64,000 bases of DNA from Candidatus Spyradocola merdavium (GTDB taxonomy: Bacteria > Bacillota > Clostridia > Christensenellales > UBA1750). The notes beneath the pieces are model-generated. The model had not been told where the DNA came from and made no database searches. It saw only the letters and a program-made list of their open reading frames with translations. The stretch covers positions 26,771 to 90,770 of the forward strand of contig DVIM01000067.1 in NCBI GenBank assembly GCA_018711265.1. Direction: 5' to 3'. Every line of letters begins with the position of its first letter. The first letter of the stretch is position 1. Both the position numbers and the translations under genes were made by a program. Of the stretch, positions 7,096 to 16,705 are shown piece after piece.

Positions 7096-10000
7096 ATGAG
7101 ACGAAAGATCTGGATCTGCTGCCTGCTCCTGCTGCTGGCGCTGGTGCTGCCGCTCGGCGCGCAGGCTGCGGAAAACCTGGTGCAAAACGGCGACTTTTCC
7201 CAGTGGGACGAGAGCGGCCTGCCCGTGGGCTGGACCTATGCGGCCTGGACGCAGGACGAGACCGTCTCCACCTATTGGACGGAGGAAGTGGACGGAAACC
7301 GCTGCGTGCGCCTGCAAAACTTTTCGGAAAACGACGCGCGGCTGGAGCAGACGGTCGCCGTCCGGGGCAACACGACCTACCGGATCTCCGCGCGCATGAA
7401 GGCGGAGGGCGGCGACCCCGAGCGCACGGGCGGCAACCTCTCCGTCTCCGGGAGCCTTGCCGTGTCGCAGGACTATGCGGACACGGACGGGCAGTGGGTG
7501 CCGGTCGAATTGTATGGAAAGACCGGCTTCTTCCAGGGAGAGATCACCGTGGCCCTGCGCGTGGGCTTCTACGGCGAGGAAAACGTGGGCTCGGCCTGGT
7601 TTGACGACGTCGTGGTCGAGGCTGTGGACGAGGTGCCCGCGGGCGTGACGGTGCAGAGCCTGCAGGATGCGCCCGTGAGCGCCGCCTCGGACGAGACGGA
7701 GGGCGCGGACTGGATTCCGATGCAGACCTTCGTCGCGGCGGCGTTTGCGCTGCTGGTCTGCGCCTTTGTCTACCGCCTGCGCGGCGTGGAGATCGAAAAA
7801 GCGCGCGCGGGGCGTCTCTTTGGCGCGATCCTCGCGGCGGCGGGCGCGCTGCGCCTCTTCCTTGCGGCCGTGAACCCGGGCTACGAGGTGGACATCAACT
7901 GCTTTACGAGCTGGGGACAGACGCTCGCGCAGGTCGGGCCTGCGGACTTCTACGCGCAGGGCTTCTGCGACTATCCGCCCGGCTACCTCTACGTTCTGGG
8001 CCTGCAGGCGCTCGTGGCCAATCTGCTGGGCCTTACGGCGAACACCGCGCCGTACCTGGTGCTGCTCAAGCTCCCGGCCATCGCCTGCGACCTTGCGGCG
8101 GCGTACTTGCTCTACCGCATCGCGCTGCGCGCCGGCAAGCCCAAGTGGGCGCTGCTGGCGGGCGCGGCCTATGCCTGCATGCCCGCGGCGATTCTGGACA
8201 GCGCCATGTGGGGGCAGATGGACGCGGTGCTGGTCCTGCTGATCCTGCTGGTGGTGGACGCCTTCCTGCAGAAGAAGACGCTGCGCGCGGCGATCCTCTA
8301 CGGCGTCGCGGTGGCGGTCAAGCCCCAGGCGCTGATGCTGGGCACGATCCCGCTCTTCGGCTATGCGCTGGAGATCCTGGAGGACCCCAGGCGCGGCGCA
8401 AAGCGGCTCCTTGCCGGCGTTGCGGCGTGCCTTGGCGTGATCGCGGCGATCTCGCTGCCCTTCCTCGTGCGCCAGGAGCCGGCCTTCCTCGTGGAGAAGT
8501 ACCTCTCCACGCTCTCCTCCTACCCGTATGCCACGGTCAACGCCCTGAACTTCTTCTTTGCCGCGGGCGCGAACTGGGTGGACCAGGGCGCGGCGCTCCT
8601 GGGCCTGCCCTACGCGGTCTGGGGGACGGTCGGCCTGCTGGCCAGCGTCGTTGTGGGCCTCGTGTTCTTCTTCAAGAGCCGCGACCGGCGCGCCATTCCC
8701 CTCTGCGCGGCGCTGATCCTGGCGGGCGCGTTCTGCCTCGGCGTGCGCATGCACGAGCGGTACATGTTCCCGGCGCTCGCGCTGCTGCTGCTGGCGGCCG
8801 TGCTCTACGCGGACAGGCGGCTGTACGGGATCTTTGCGGGCTTTAGCGCGACAAACGCCGTGAACATCTACATCGTCCTGCAGAACGAGCACGTTCTTGC
8901 GGAAAACCAGGCGCTGGGCACGGTGGTCGCGGTGGTGAACCTCGCGCTGCTGGCCTGCCTGCTCCTCACCGCTGCGGACCTATGCTTCGGCGGCAAGCGT
9001 CTCTCCGCGGACGAGGACCTGCCGCCGTGCAAGCGCCAGGTCGTCGGGCCGCGCCTGCCGGACGCCGCGGGCACGGGGGACCGGGCCTCCCTGCGCATGG
9101 GCCGCGTGGACTGGCTGCTCATGGGCGCGCTGACGCTCGTGTACGCGGTGCTGGCGTTCTACCAGCTCGGGGACATGACTGCGCCGCAGACGCTCTGGAC
9201 GGGCGAAGCGGGCGACAGCGCGGTCATCGACCTTGGGCAGGAAGAGCGCCTGACGGAGTTCCGCTATTACGGGGAGATCCCCTACGGCGACTTCACGGTG
9301 GAGTTCAGCACAGACGGCGCGAATTGGTCCGGCGCGGTGGAGCAGAGCGTGGGCGTGCACGACATGTTCAAGTGGCACTCCGTTGCGCTGGAGGAGGACG
9401 CGCGCTATGTGCGCCTTACGGTGACAAAGGACGAGATCAAGCTCTTTGAGGTCGCGCTCTTCGGGGAGGATGGGACGATTCTGCCCATCGCCTCCTGCAC
9501 GGCCGAGGCCCTCGCCGACGAGCAGTCCATCGTGCCGGCGGAGATCTCTTACATGAACAGCATGTACTTTGACGAGGTCTACCACGGCCGCACCGCCTAC
9601 GAGCAGCTCCACAACATGGAGTGGTACGAGAACACGCACCCGCCGCTGGGCAAGGTGTTCATCTCCTGGTCCATCGCGGCCTTTGGCATGACGCCGTTCG
9701 GCTGGCGCTTTGCGGGGACGCTCGCGGGCGTGCTCATGGTGCCGGCGATGTACCTGCTGTGCAAGACGCTGTTCCGCAGGCCCCTGTTCGCCTTCTTTGG
9801 GACGTTCCTGATGACGTTCGACTTCATGCACCTTGCGCAGACGCGCCTGGGCACGATCGATTCCTACCCGGTGCTCTTCATCATCCTGAGCTTTGCGTTC
9901 CTGCTGCGCTACGCGTACATGAGCTTCTACCACGACAAGCTCTGGAAGACCTTCGTGCCCCTGGCGCTGTCCGGGTTCTTCATGGGCCTTGGCATGGCGA

Positions 10001-10830
10001 GCAAGTGGATCGGCATCTACGCGGCCGCGGGCCTTGCGGTGCTGTTCTTCTGGATCTTCGGCACGCGGGTGAAGGAGTATCTTGCGGCCAAGCGCGACCT
10101 TGCGGCGGGCAACCTTTCCGCCGAGCGCCGCGAAACCTGCGAGCACATCGCCGCGGTCTTTAAAGGCAAGGCGGTCAAGACCATCCTCGCCTGCGTGGTG
10201 TTCTTCGGGATCATCCCGCTGGCCATCTACATCGGCTCCTACTACCAGTTCCTGCGCATCGACGAGCCGCACCACGGCCTCAAGGAGGTCTGGAACTACC
10301 AGCTGCACATGTTCAACTACCACAAGGGCGTGTTCGACAGCCATCCCTTTGAGTCGCCGTGGTGGCAGTGGCCGCTGGACATCCGCAACATCTGGTACTA
10401 CGTCTCCGACTCCATGCCGGTGGGGTGGGTCTCGTCCATCTCGGCCCTGGGCAGCCCGGCGGTGTGGTGGGCAGGCCTTGCGTGTCTGATCTGGGTGGCG
10501 GTGCGCGCGGTCCGGGGCTACGGCAAGCGCGACCCGCGCCTGTGGTGGCTGCTGATCGGGTTCTGCGCCAACTACCTGCCCTGGGTGCTCGTGCCGCGCG
10601 TGACGTTCGTGTACCACTACTTTGCGTCCGTGCCCTTCATCGTCCTGTGCACGGTGCTGTTCTTCGAGGACCTGTACGACAAGAAGCGGTGGGCAAAAAC
10701 GGCCATGTTCGTCTTCATGGGCGTGGTGCTGGCGCTGTTCCTGCTGTTCTACCCGGTGCTCACGGGCGTGCCCATGACGGAGCTGCACGCGTCGCTCCTG
10801 AACTGGCTGCCCTCGTGGACGCTGTACTGA
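7096..10830 (+). CDS. Multidomain membrane glycosyltransferase: signal/TM, CBM-like domain, Alg6/Alg8- or Gpi18-like GT-C module, discoidin-like domain, PMT (GT39)-like GT-C module
   Basis: ATG 7096 opens MRRKIWICCLLLLLALVLPLGAQA. Module 1 motifs are YEVDINCFTSW, CDYPPGYLY, WGQMD and MHERYMFPA. Module 2 motifs are YFDEVYHGRTAYE, THPPLGK and HPFESPWWQWPL. Many TM segments are present. Confidence 0.8.
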   Translation: MRRKIWICCLLLLLALVLPLGAQAAENLVQNGDFSQWDESGLPVGWTYAAWTQDETVSTYWTEEVDGNRCVRLQNFSENDARLEQTVAVRGNTTYRISARMKAEGGDPERTGGNLSVSGSLAVSQDYADTDGQWVPVELYGKTGFFQGEITVALRVGFYGEENVGSAWFDDVVVEAVDEVPAGVTVQSLQDAPVSAASDETEGADWIPMQTFVAAAFALLVCAFVYRLRGVEIEKARAGRLFGAILAAAGALRLFLAAVNPGYEVDINCFTSWGQTLAQVGPADFYAQGFCDYPPGYLYVLGLQALVANLLGLTANTAPYLVLLKLPAIACDLAAAYLLYRIALRAGKPKWALLAGAAYACMPAAILDSAMWGQMDAVLVLLILLVVDAFLQKKTLRAAILYGVAVAVKPQALMLGTIPLFGYALEILEDPRRGAKRLLAGVAACLGVIAAISLPFLVRQEPAFLVEKYLSTLSSYPYATVNALNFFFAAGANWVDQGAALLGLPYAVWGTVGLLASVVVGLVFFFKSRDRRAIPLCAALILAGAFCLGVRMHERYMFPALALLLLAAVLYADRRLYGIFAGFSATNAVNIYIVLQNEHVLAENQALGTVVAVVNLALLACLLLTAADLCFGGKRLSADEDLPPCKRQVVGPRLPDAAGTGDRASLRMGRVDWLLMGALTLVYAVLAFYQLGDMTAPQTLWTGEAGDSAVIDLGQEERLTEFRYYGEIPYGDFTVEFSTDGANWSGAVEQSVGVHDMFKWHSVALEEDARYVRLTVTKDEIKLFEVALFGEDGTILPIASCTAEALADEQSIVPAEISYMNSMYFDEVYHGRTAYEQLHNMEWYENTHPPLGKVFISWSIAAFGMTPFGWRFAGTLAGVLMVPAMYLLCKTLFRRPLFAFFGTFLMTFDFMHLAQTRLGTIDSYPVLFIILSFAFLLRYAYMSFYHDKLWKTFVPLALSGFFMGLGMASKWIGIYAAAGLAVLFFWIFGTRVKEYLAAKRDLAAGNLSAERRETCEHIAAVFKGKAVKTILACVVFFGIIPLAIYIGSYYQFLRIDEPHHGLKEVWNYQLHMFNYHKGVFDSHPFESPWWQWPLDIRNIWYYVSDSMPVGWVSSISALGSPAVWWAGLACLIWVAVRAVRGYGKRDPRLWWLLIGFCANYLPWVLVPRVTFVYHYFASVPFIVLCTVLFFEDLYDKKRWAKTAMFVFMGVVLALFLLFYPVLTGVPMTELHASLLNWLPSWTLY

Positions 10831-10847
10831 GAAGGGAGGCATGCATC

Positions 10848-11255
10848 GTGGAGAAGCTCAAGGCGCTCTTTGTGCAGGCCGTAAAGTTCGGCCTGGTGGG
10901 CGTGATCAACACCCTGGTGGACTACCTTTCCTATACGCTCCTGCTGTTCATCCCCTTCTTTGCGGAGAACTACGTTCTGGCGCAGATCATCGGCTACAGC
11001 CTGGGCCTGTGCAACAGCCTGGTGCTGAACAAGCGCTGGACCTTTGCCCAGCGGGAGCCGATGACGCGCCGCCAGCTCGCGTGCTTCCTGGCGGTGAACC
11101 TGGCGGCGCTGGCGGTCTCGACGGGGATCCTGGTGCTGACGCAGGAGCGGTTGCAGATGAACCGCTACATCGGCAAGGCCATCTCGGTCGTGGGGTCCAT
11201 GGCGGTCAACTTCGTGGGCAACAAGCTCCTGGTCTTCCGGGAGCAGCGCGGCTGA
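10848..11255 (+). CDS. GtrA-family polyprenyl-phosphate-sugar translocase-like membrane protein
   Basis: 135 aa with 4 TM segments; FGLVGVINTLVDY at the N-terminus and NFVGNKLLVF at the C-terminus; GTG start with GGGAGG 8 nt upstream. Confidence 0.8.
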   Translation: MEKLKALFVQAVKFGLVGVINTLVDYLSYTLLLFIPFFAENYVLAQIIGYSLGLCNSLVLNKRWTFAQREPMTRRQLACFLAVNLAALAVSTGILVLTQERLQMNRYIGKAISVVGSMAVNFVGNKLLVFREQRG

Positions 11256-11286
11256 GCGCAGGCGAAAAGAGAGAGGGGGAAGGGAG

Positions 11287-12819
11287 ATGCTATCGACCGT
11301 AACCAGCTGCGGCCGGCAGGGAATCGAGGGCTACCCCATGCGCGTGGAGGTGGACGTGCGCGACGGCCTGCCCATGGTGGACGTCGTGGGCCTGCCGGAC
11401 GCGGCGGTGCGCGAGTCGCGCGAGCGCGTGCGCACCGCCCTGCGCAACAGCGGCTTTCCCTTCCCCGTGGCGCAGATCACGATCAACCTGGCCCCTGCGG
11501 ACATCAAGAAGGAGGGGCCCTGGTACGACCTGCCCATCGCGCTGGGCATCCTCGCGGCCTCGGGCCGCATCCCGCAGGAGAAGCTCCGCGGGGCGCTGGC
11601 CCTTGGCACCCTGTCCCTGGACGGGTCCCTCGCGCCGGTGACGGGCGCGCTGCCCATGCTCCTTGCGGCGCGCCGGGCGGGGATCGAGCGGGCGCTCCTG
11701 CCCGCGCAGAACGCGCGGGAGTGCGCGTGCCTGAGCGGCATCGCGCTCTATCCCGTCGAGAGCCTGCGGCAGGCCGCGGCCTTCCTCTGCGGGGAGGCGG
11801 AGATCGCGCCGCTCACCCCGGTCCGGTACGCAGACCTCGCCGAGGACGTGCGGCCGGAGGTGGACCTGGCGTCCGTGCGCGGGCAGTACGCCGCGCGCAG
11901 GGCGCTGGAGATCGCGGCCAGCGGCGGGCACAACCTGCTGCTCATCGGCACGGCGGGCTCGGGCAAGACCATGCTCGCGCGCTGCCTGCCCGGCATCCTG
12001 CCGCGCATGACCGAGCAGGAGGCGCTGGAGACGACGGTCATCCACTCCGTCTCCGGCGAGGTTTCCGGGGGACTGATGACGCGGCGGCCCTTCTCCGCGC
12101 CGCACCACACGACAAGCGCCGTGGCGCTCATCGGCGGCGGCCGCGCCGCGGCGCCGGGCGAGATCTCCAAGGCGCACAACGGCGTGCTGTTCCTGGACGA
12201 GCTGCCGGAGTTTCCGCGCGCGGTGCTCGAGGCCCTGCGCCAGCCCATGGAGGACGGCGTGGTGACCATCTCCCGCGTCAACGCGCGGTGCGTGTACCCG
12301 GCGCGGTTCCAGCTCGTCTGCGCGATGAACCCCTGCCCGTGCGGCAACTACGGCTCGCGCACGCGGACCTGCCGCTGCACGCCGCACGAGGTCCAGCGGT
12401 ACCTGAGCCGCATCTCCGGCCCGCTGCTCGACCGCATCGACATGGTGGTGGAGATGGACGCCGTGGAGCCGGACGAGGTGTTCGGCCCTGCGGCCGCGCC
12501 CGCGGAGGACAGCGAGACCGTGCGCCGCCGCGTCGAGCGCGTGCGCGCGGCGCAGAACGCGCGCTATGCGGGCGAGGACTTCTTCTGCAACGCGCGCCTG
12601 CCCGCCAACCGCCTGGAGGAGATCTGCAACCCGACCAAGGACGCGCGGGACGCGCTCGCCCTGTGCATGCGGCGCTTGCAGCTCTCCATGCGCGGCTATG
12701 CGCGCGTGCTGCGCATAGCCCGCACCATCGCGGACATGGCCGGGGAGGCGCGCGTGCAGGCGGAGCACGTGGCCGAGGCGGCTTCCTATCGGGGGACGAA
12801 CGAAAAATATTGGAAGTAG
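11287..12819 (+). CDS. comM: YifB/ComM-family Mg-chelatase-like ATPase
   Basis: Lon-like N-domain and the AAA+ motif GTAGSGKTMLA; C-terminal helical domain. Confidence 0.92.
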   Translation: MLSTVTSCGRQGIEGYPMRVEVDVRDGLPMVDVVGLPDAAVRESRERVRTALRNSGFPFPVAQITINLAPADIKKEGPWYDLPIALGILAASGRIPQEKLRGALALGTLSLDGSLAPVTGALPMLLAARRAGIERALLPAQNARECACLSGIALYPVESLRQAAAFLCGEAEIAPLTPVRYADLAEDVRPEVDLASVRGQYAARRALEIAASGGHNLLLIGTAGSGKTMLARCLPGILPRMTEQEALETTVIHSVSGEVSGGLMTRRPFSAPHHTTSAVALIGGGRAAAPGEISKAHNGVLFLDELPEFPRAVLEALRQPMEDGVVTISRVNARCVYPARFQLVCAMNPCPCGNYGSRTRTCRCTPHEVQRYLSRISGPLLDRIDMVVEMDAVEPDEVFGPAAAPAEDSETVRRRVERVRAAQNARYAGEDFFCNARLPANRLEEICNPTKDARDALALCMRRLQLSMRGYARVLRIARTIADMAGEARVQAEHVAEAASYRGTNEKYWK

Positions 12820-12828
12820 GGATGCACC

Positions 12829-13950
12829 ATGACGAGGGCAGAGGGCGTTTGGATCTGGCTGAGCCGCGTGCGCGGCCTGGGCGCGGGAAGGGCGCGCCAG
12901 CTCGTGGAGTTCTTCGGGGGCGAGGAGGCGCTCCTCGCCGCGCAGGAGCCGGAGCTGCGCGAGGCCGTGGGGGAGGCGCTGGCCGCCAGCCTGCTCGAGG
13001 CGCGGCGGCAGGAGGAGATCAACGACCACGTCCGGGCCTGCCGCCGGGCGGGCGTGCGCATCCTGACGCCCGCAAGCCCCGCCTATCCGGAGGCGCTGCG
13101 CGACATCTACGACCCGCCCTGCGCGCTGTACGCCCGGGGCGACCTCGGACTGCTGCAGGGCGAGCGCCTGCTCACCCTTGTCGGCACGCGCCGGCACACG
13201 AGCTATGGCCGCAGGATCACGGAAAAGCTCGCCGCGGAGCTTGCGCGCGCGGGCCTTACCATCGTATCGGGCCTTGCGGAGGGCTTGGACAGCGTGGCGC
13301 ACCGCGCGGCGCTGGACGCGGGCGGAAAGACCATCGCCGTCCTTGCAAACGGCCTGGACGTCGCCTACCCCGCGGCGGTCGGCCCCCTGCAGGAGGAGAT
13401 CGCGCGCAAGGGCCTGCTGGTGAGCGAATACCCCCCGGGCACGCGCGCGAGCCGGGCGACGCTCCTGCCGCGCAACCGGCTTCTGGCGGCGCTCTCCCGC
13501 GCGACGCTGGTGACGGAGGCCGGGCAAAGGTCCGGCACGCTGCTGGTGGCCGGCCTTGCCGTGGAATACGGCCGGGAGCTGATGACCGTGCCCGGCAACA
13601 TCGATTCGCCCGCGAGCTATTCCACCAACCGCCTGATGCGCACGAGCGCGGAAACGGTGCTTTGCAGCCGCGATGTGCTCCAGGCGTTTGGGATGGCGGA
13701 CGCGGAGGACGGGGAGGACGGGCCGCCCGCGGTGGGGCGGCAGGCCGTGCCGGCCGGGCAGGCCGCGCCGGCCGTGACCGAGGAGGAGGAACGGGTGCTG
13801 CAGGCCCTGCGCCGGGAGCCGCTCTCCTTCGACGAGCTGATCGCGCGGACGCAGTTTTCCGCGGCAAAATTAAATTCGCTCTTGACAATGCTGGAATTGA
13901 AGGGAATAATAGACCAGTCGGCAGGTCGCACCTATGCGACAAAATCTTGA
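12829..13950 (+). CDS. dprA: DNA processing protein DprA
   Basis: Rossmann-fold motifs VSGLAEGLDSVAH and GTLLVAGLA; C-terminal winged-helix domain; conserved comM-dprA-topA context. Confidence 0.92.
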   Translation: MTRAEGVWIWLSRVRGLGAGRARQLVEFFGGEEALLAAQEPELREAVGEALAASLLEARRQEEINDHVRACRRAGVRILTPASPAYPEALRDIYDPPCALYARGDLGLLQGERLLTLVGTRRHTSYGRRITEKLAAELARAGLTIVSGLAEGLDSVAHRAALDAGGKTIAVLANGLDVAYPAAVGPLQEEIARKGLLVSEYPPGTRASRATLLPRNRLLAALSRATLVTEAGQRSGTLLVAGLAVEYGRELMTVPGNIDSPASYSTNRLMRTSAETVLCSRDVLQAFGMADAEDGEDGPPAVGRQAVPAGQAAPAVTEEEERVLQALRREPLSFDELIARTQFSAAKLNSLLTMLELKGIIDQSAGRTYATKS

Positions 13951-13978
13951 TTTGCAATGGAGTTTACGGGGGTAGAGT

Positions 13979-16096
13979 ATGGCAGCAGCCAGCAGCAAAT
14001 ATAAATTGGTCATCGTGGAGTCCCCTGCGAAGGCCAAGACCATCGGCAAGTTCCTGGGCAGGGGCTACAAGGTCGAGGCCTGCAACGGCCACGTCCGCGA
14101 CCTGCCTAAGAGCCAGATTGGCGTGGACGTGGAGCACAATTTCGAGCCCCGCTACATCACCATTCGCGGCCGGGGCGAGATCTTGGAGAAAATCCGCAAG
14201 GAGGCCCGCGGCGCGTCCAAAGTGATCCTGGCGACCGACCCGGACCGCGAGGGCGAGGCCATCTCCTGGCACCTGGCCAATATTTTGAAGATCGACCCGG
14301 CTTCCGACTGCCGCGTGGAGTTCAACGAGATCACGGCCCAGGCCGTCAAGGCCGCGATGAAGAAGCCGCGGCCCATCAATTTGCAGCTCGTGGACGCGCA
14401 GCAGGCGCGCCGCGTGCTCGACCGCCTGGTCGGCTATAAGATCAGCCCGCTGCTCTGGGCCAAGGTCCGCAAGGGCCTGTCCGCCGGGCGCGTGCAGTCC
14501 GTCGCAACGCGCATGATCGTCGACCGCGAGGCCGAGATCGACGCCTTCGTGCCCCAGGAATACTGGACCATCACCGCCAAATTCACCGATGGAAACCAGA
14601 AATTCGTGGCCAAGTACGTGGGCAAGGGCGACGAAAAAACCGAGATCACCTCCGAGGCGCAGGCCAAGGAGGTCCGCGACTTCCTGCTCGGGCAGACCTA
14701 TTCGGTCACCGCCGTAAAGAGCGGGGAGCGGCGCAAGAACCCGCCGCCGCCCTTCACCACCTCCAACCTGCAGCAGGAGGCGGTGCGCAAGCTCTCCTTC
14801 ACCACGAAGAAGACCATGCAGATCGCCCAGATGCTCTACGAGGGCGTGGACATCGAGGGCGAGGGCAGCGTCGGCCTCATCTCCTACATCCGCACGGACT
14901 CCACGCGCCTTTCCGACGAGGCGCTCACCGCCGCGCGCGAGTACATCGCCGACAACTTCCGCCCGGAATACCTGCCCGAGACGCCCAACGTCTTTAAGGG
15001 CCGCAAGAACGCGCAGGACGCGCACGAGGCCATCCGCCCGACCCACGCCCTCTATTCCCCGGAAAAGGTCAAGGCGTCCCTCACGCGCGACCAGTACCGG
15101 CTCTATAAGCTCATCTACGACCGGTACCTTGCCTCCCAGATGACGCCCGCCGTCTACGAGACGCTGAACATCGAGCTTGCCGGCGGCGGCGCGCAGTTCC
15201 GCTTCGGCGGCATGAAGAAGAAGTTCGCGGGCTTTACCGTCCTCTACGAGGAGGGGCAGGACGAGCCCGCCGAGAAGGAGACCGCCCTGCCCAAGGTCGC
15301 CGTCGGCGACAGCGTCACCATGGCGGACCTTGCGCCGGAGCAGCACTTCACCCAGCCCCCGCCCCGCTACACAGAAGCCTCCCTCGTGCGCGCGATGGAG
15401 GAAAAGGGCATCGGCCGGCCCTCGACCTACGCGCCCACCATCACCACCATCCTCGCCCGCGGCTACGTCACGCGCGAAAACAAGGCCCTGGTCCCCACGG
15501 AGCTGGGGGTGCTGGTGACCGAGATGATGACCGAGAACTTCAAGTCCATCGTGGACATGCAGTTCACCGCCGACATGGAGGAGGAGCTGGACACGGTCGA
15601 GGAGGACGGCAAGGACTGGCACGAGGTCATCGAGAAGTTCTACGGCCCCTTCTCCGAGCAGCTCGAGGCCGCGGAGAAGAACATCGAGAAGGTCGAGGTC
15701 AAGGACGAGGTCTCGGACGTCCAGTGCGACAAGTGCGGCGCCATGATGGTCTACAAGATGGGGCGGTTCGGCAAGTTCCTGGCCTGCCCGAACTTCCCGG
15801 CCTGCCGCAACACCATGCCCATCGTCCGCGCGATCGACGCGCACTGCCCCAAGTGCGGCGGCGCGATCCTCGTGCGCAACACCAAGCGCGGGCGCGTGTT
15901 CTACGGCTGCGAGCGGTACCCGGAGTGCGACTTCACCTCCTGGGACATGCCCGTGGACGACCGCTGTCCGGTCTGCGGCAGCCCCATGGTGCTCAAGCGC
16001 GACCGGAAGAAGGACATCTCCTGGCACGTCTGCACGAACGAGAGCTGCAAGCACCGCGTGGAGGTGGAGACCCCCGCGCAGGACGAGGCGGAATAA
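13979..16096 (+). CDS. topA: DNA topoisomerase I
   Basis: TOPRIM start [13 protein letters not shown], active-site region YIRTDS, and C-terminal Cys4 zinc ribbons. Confidence 0.97.
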   Translation: MAAASSKYKLVIVESPAKAKTIGKFLGRGYKVEACNGHVRDLPKSQIGVDVEHNFEPRYITIRGRGEILEKIRKEARGASKVILATDPDREGEAISWHLANILKIDPASDCRVEFNEITAQAVKAAMKKPRPINLQLVDAQQARRVLDRLVGYKISPLLWAKVRKGLSAGRVQSVATRMIVDREAEIDAFVPQEYWTITAKFTDGNQKFVAKYVGKGDEKTEITSEAQAKEVRDFLLGQTYSVTAVKSGERRKNPPPPFTTSNLQQEAVRKLSFTTKKTMQIAQMLYEGVDIEGEGSVGLISYIRTDSTRLSDEALTAAREYIADNFRPEYLPETPNVFKGRKNAQDAHEAIRPTHALYSPEKVKASLTRDQYRLYKLIYDRYLASQMTPAVYETLNIELAGGGAQFRFGGMKKKFAGFTVLYEEGQDEPAEKETALPKVAVGDSVTMADLAPEQHFTQPPPRYTEASLVRAMEEKGIGRPSTYAPTITTILARGYVTRENKALVPTELGVLVTEMMTENFKSIVDMQFTADMEEELDTVEEDGKDWHEVIEKFYGPFSEQLEAAEKNIEKVEVKDEVSDVQCDKCGAMMVYKMGRFGKFLACPNFPACRNTMPIVRAIDAHCPKCGGAILVRNTKRGRVFYGCERYPECDFTSWDMPVDDRCPVCGSPMVLKRDRKKDISWHVCTNESCKHRVEVETPAQDEAE

Positions 16097-16107
16097 AAAT
16101 CCAGAAA

Positions 16108-16140
16108 GGGGGCGTGACGATTTGTCACCTCCCCTTTTTT
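16108..16140 (+). terminator. Intrinsic terminator after topA
   Basis: GGGGGCGTGAC/GTCACCTCCCC hairpin followed by T6; it ends 2 nt before the SD of the next gene. Confidence 0.7.
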
Positions 16141-16156
16141 GCAGGAGGGAACGGAC

Positions 16157-16705
16157 ATGACGGAATACGAGCGGTTTTTGCGCCTGGGCGTGGACGGCGA
16201 GGCCATCGGCTTTGCGCCGGGCGAGGAGCAGGGCGGCTATTTCTGCACGCCGCTGGGCGCGCACGCGCTGGGCTGGGACGTCGAGGGCGTGCACTTTTGC
16301 CGCATAGACGGCATGGGGGAGACAATTTTCTGCGTCAATCCCATGCCCCTTTGCGGGGAGAACGTCCGCCCGGTGGCGCGGAACTTCCGCGATTTCCTGC
16401 GCCTGATGCTGGCGACCGGCGGCGCGGCCGCCATCGCGGAGGCCGGGGACATGACGCGGGCGCAGTTTGCGGCGTTTGTGCAGTCCAAGACGGAGATGGA
16501 AAACCGCCTGCGCCCCGCGGTGCGGCAGGCGCTGGAGCGCATCGCCCAAGGGCTGGATCTTTCGCCCATGGACGACCCCTACGGCTACATCGAGGCGCTG
16601 CAGGCGGGATTCGACGCGGGCGCGCTCCGCTTTTCGGACGAATACTACGAATGCAAGGGCCTGGAGCGGCCGGAGCACGGAGAGAAACGAGGAGGAAGAG
16701 GATGA
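16157..16705 (+). CDS. Hypothetical protein, no family recognised
   Basis: AGGAGG lies 8 nt before ATG 16157; the composition is protein-like; the stop overlaps the trmFO start (ATGA). Confidence 0.6.
   Translation: MTEYERFLRLGVDGEAIGFAPGEEQGGYFCTPLGAHALGWDVEGVHFCRIDGMGETIFCVNPMPLCGENVRPVARNFRDFLRLMLATGGAAAIAEAGDMTRAQFAAFVQSKTEMENRLRPAVRQALERIAQGLDLSPMDDPYGYIEALQAGFDAGALRFSDEYYECKGLERPEHGEKRGGRG

Noticed and set aside
11721-14225. 834-aa plus-strand ORF overlapping comM, dprA and the topA start in another frame
   Set aside because: It is an out-of-frame, RG-rich read through three well-supported genes. The same reasoning applies to 11290-13527(-), 4722-6488(-), 6865-8892(-), 8980-10842(-), 36828-38813(-), 42984-44852(-), 51021-53315(-) and similar entries.
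13964-16678. 904-aa minus-strand ORF
   Set aside because: It is antisense to topA and the following ORF. It has the same shadow-frame composition, no SD and no motifs.
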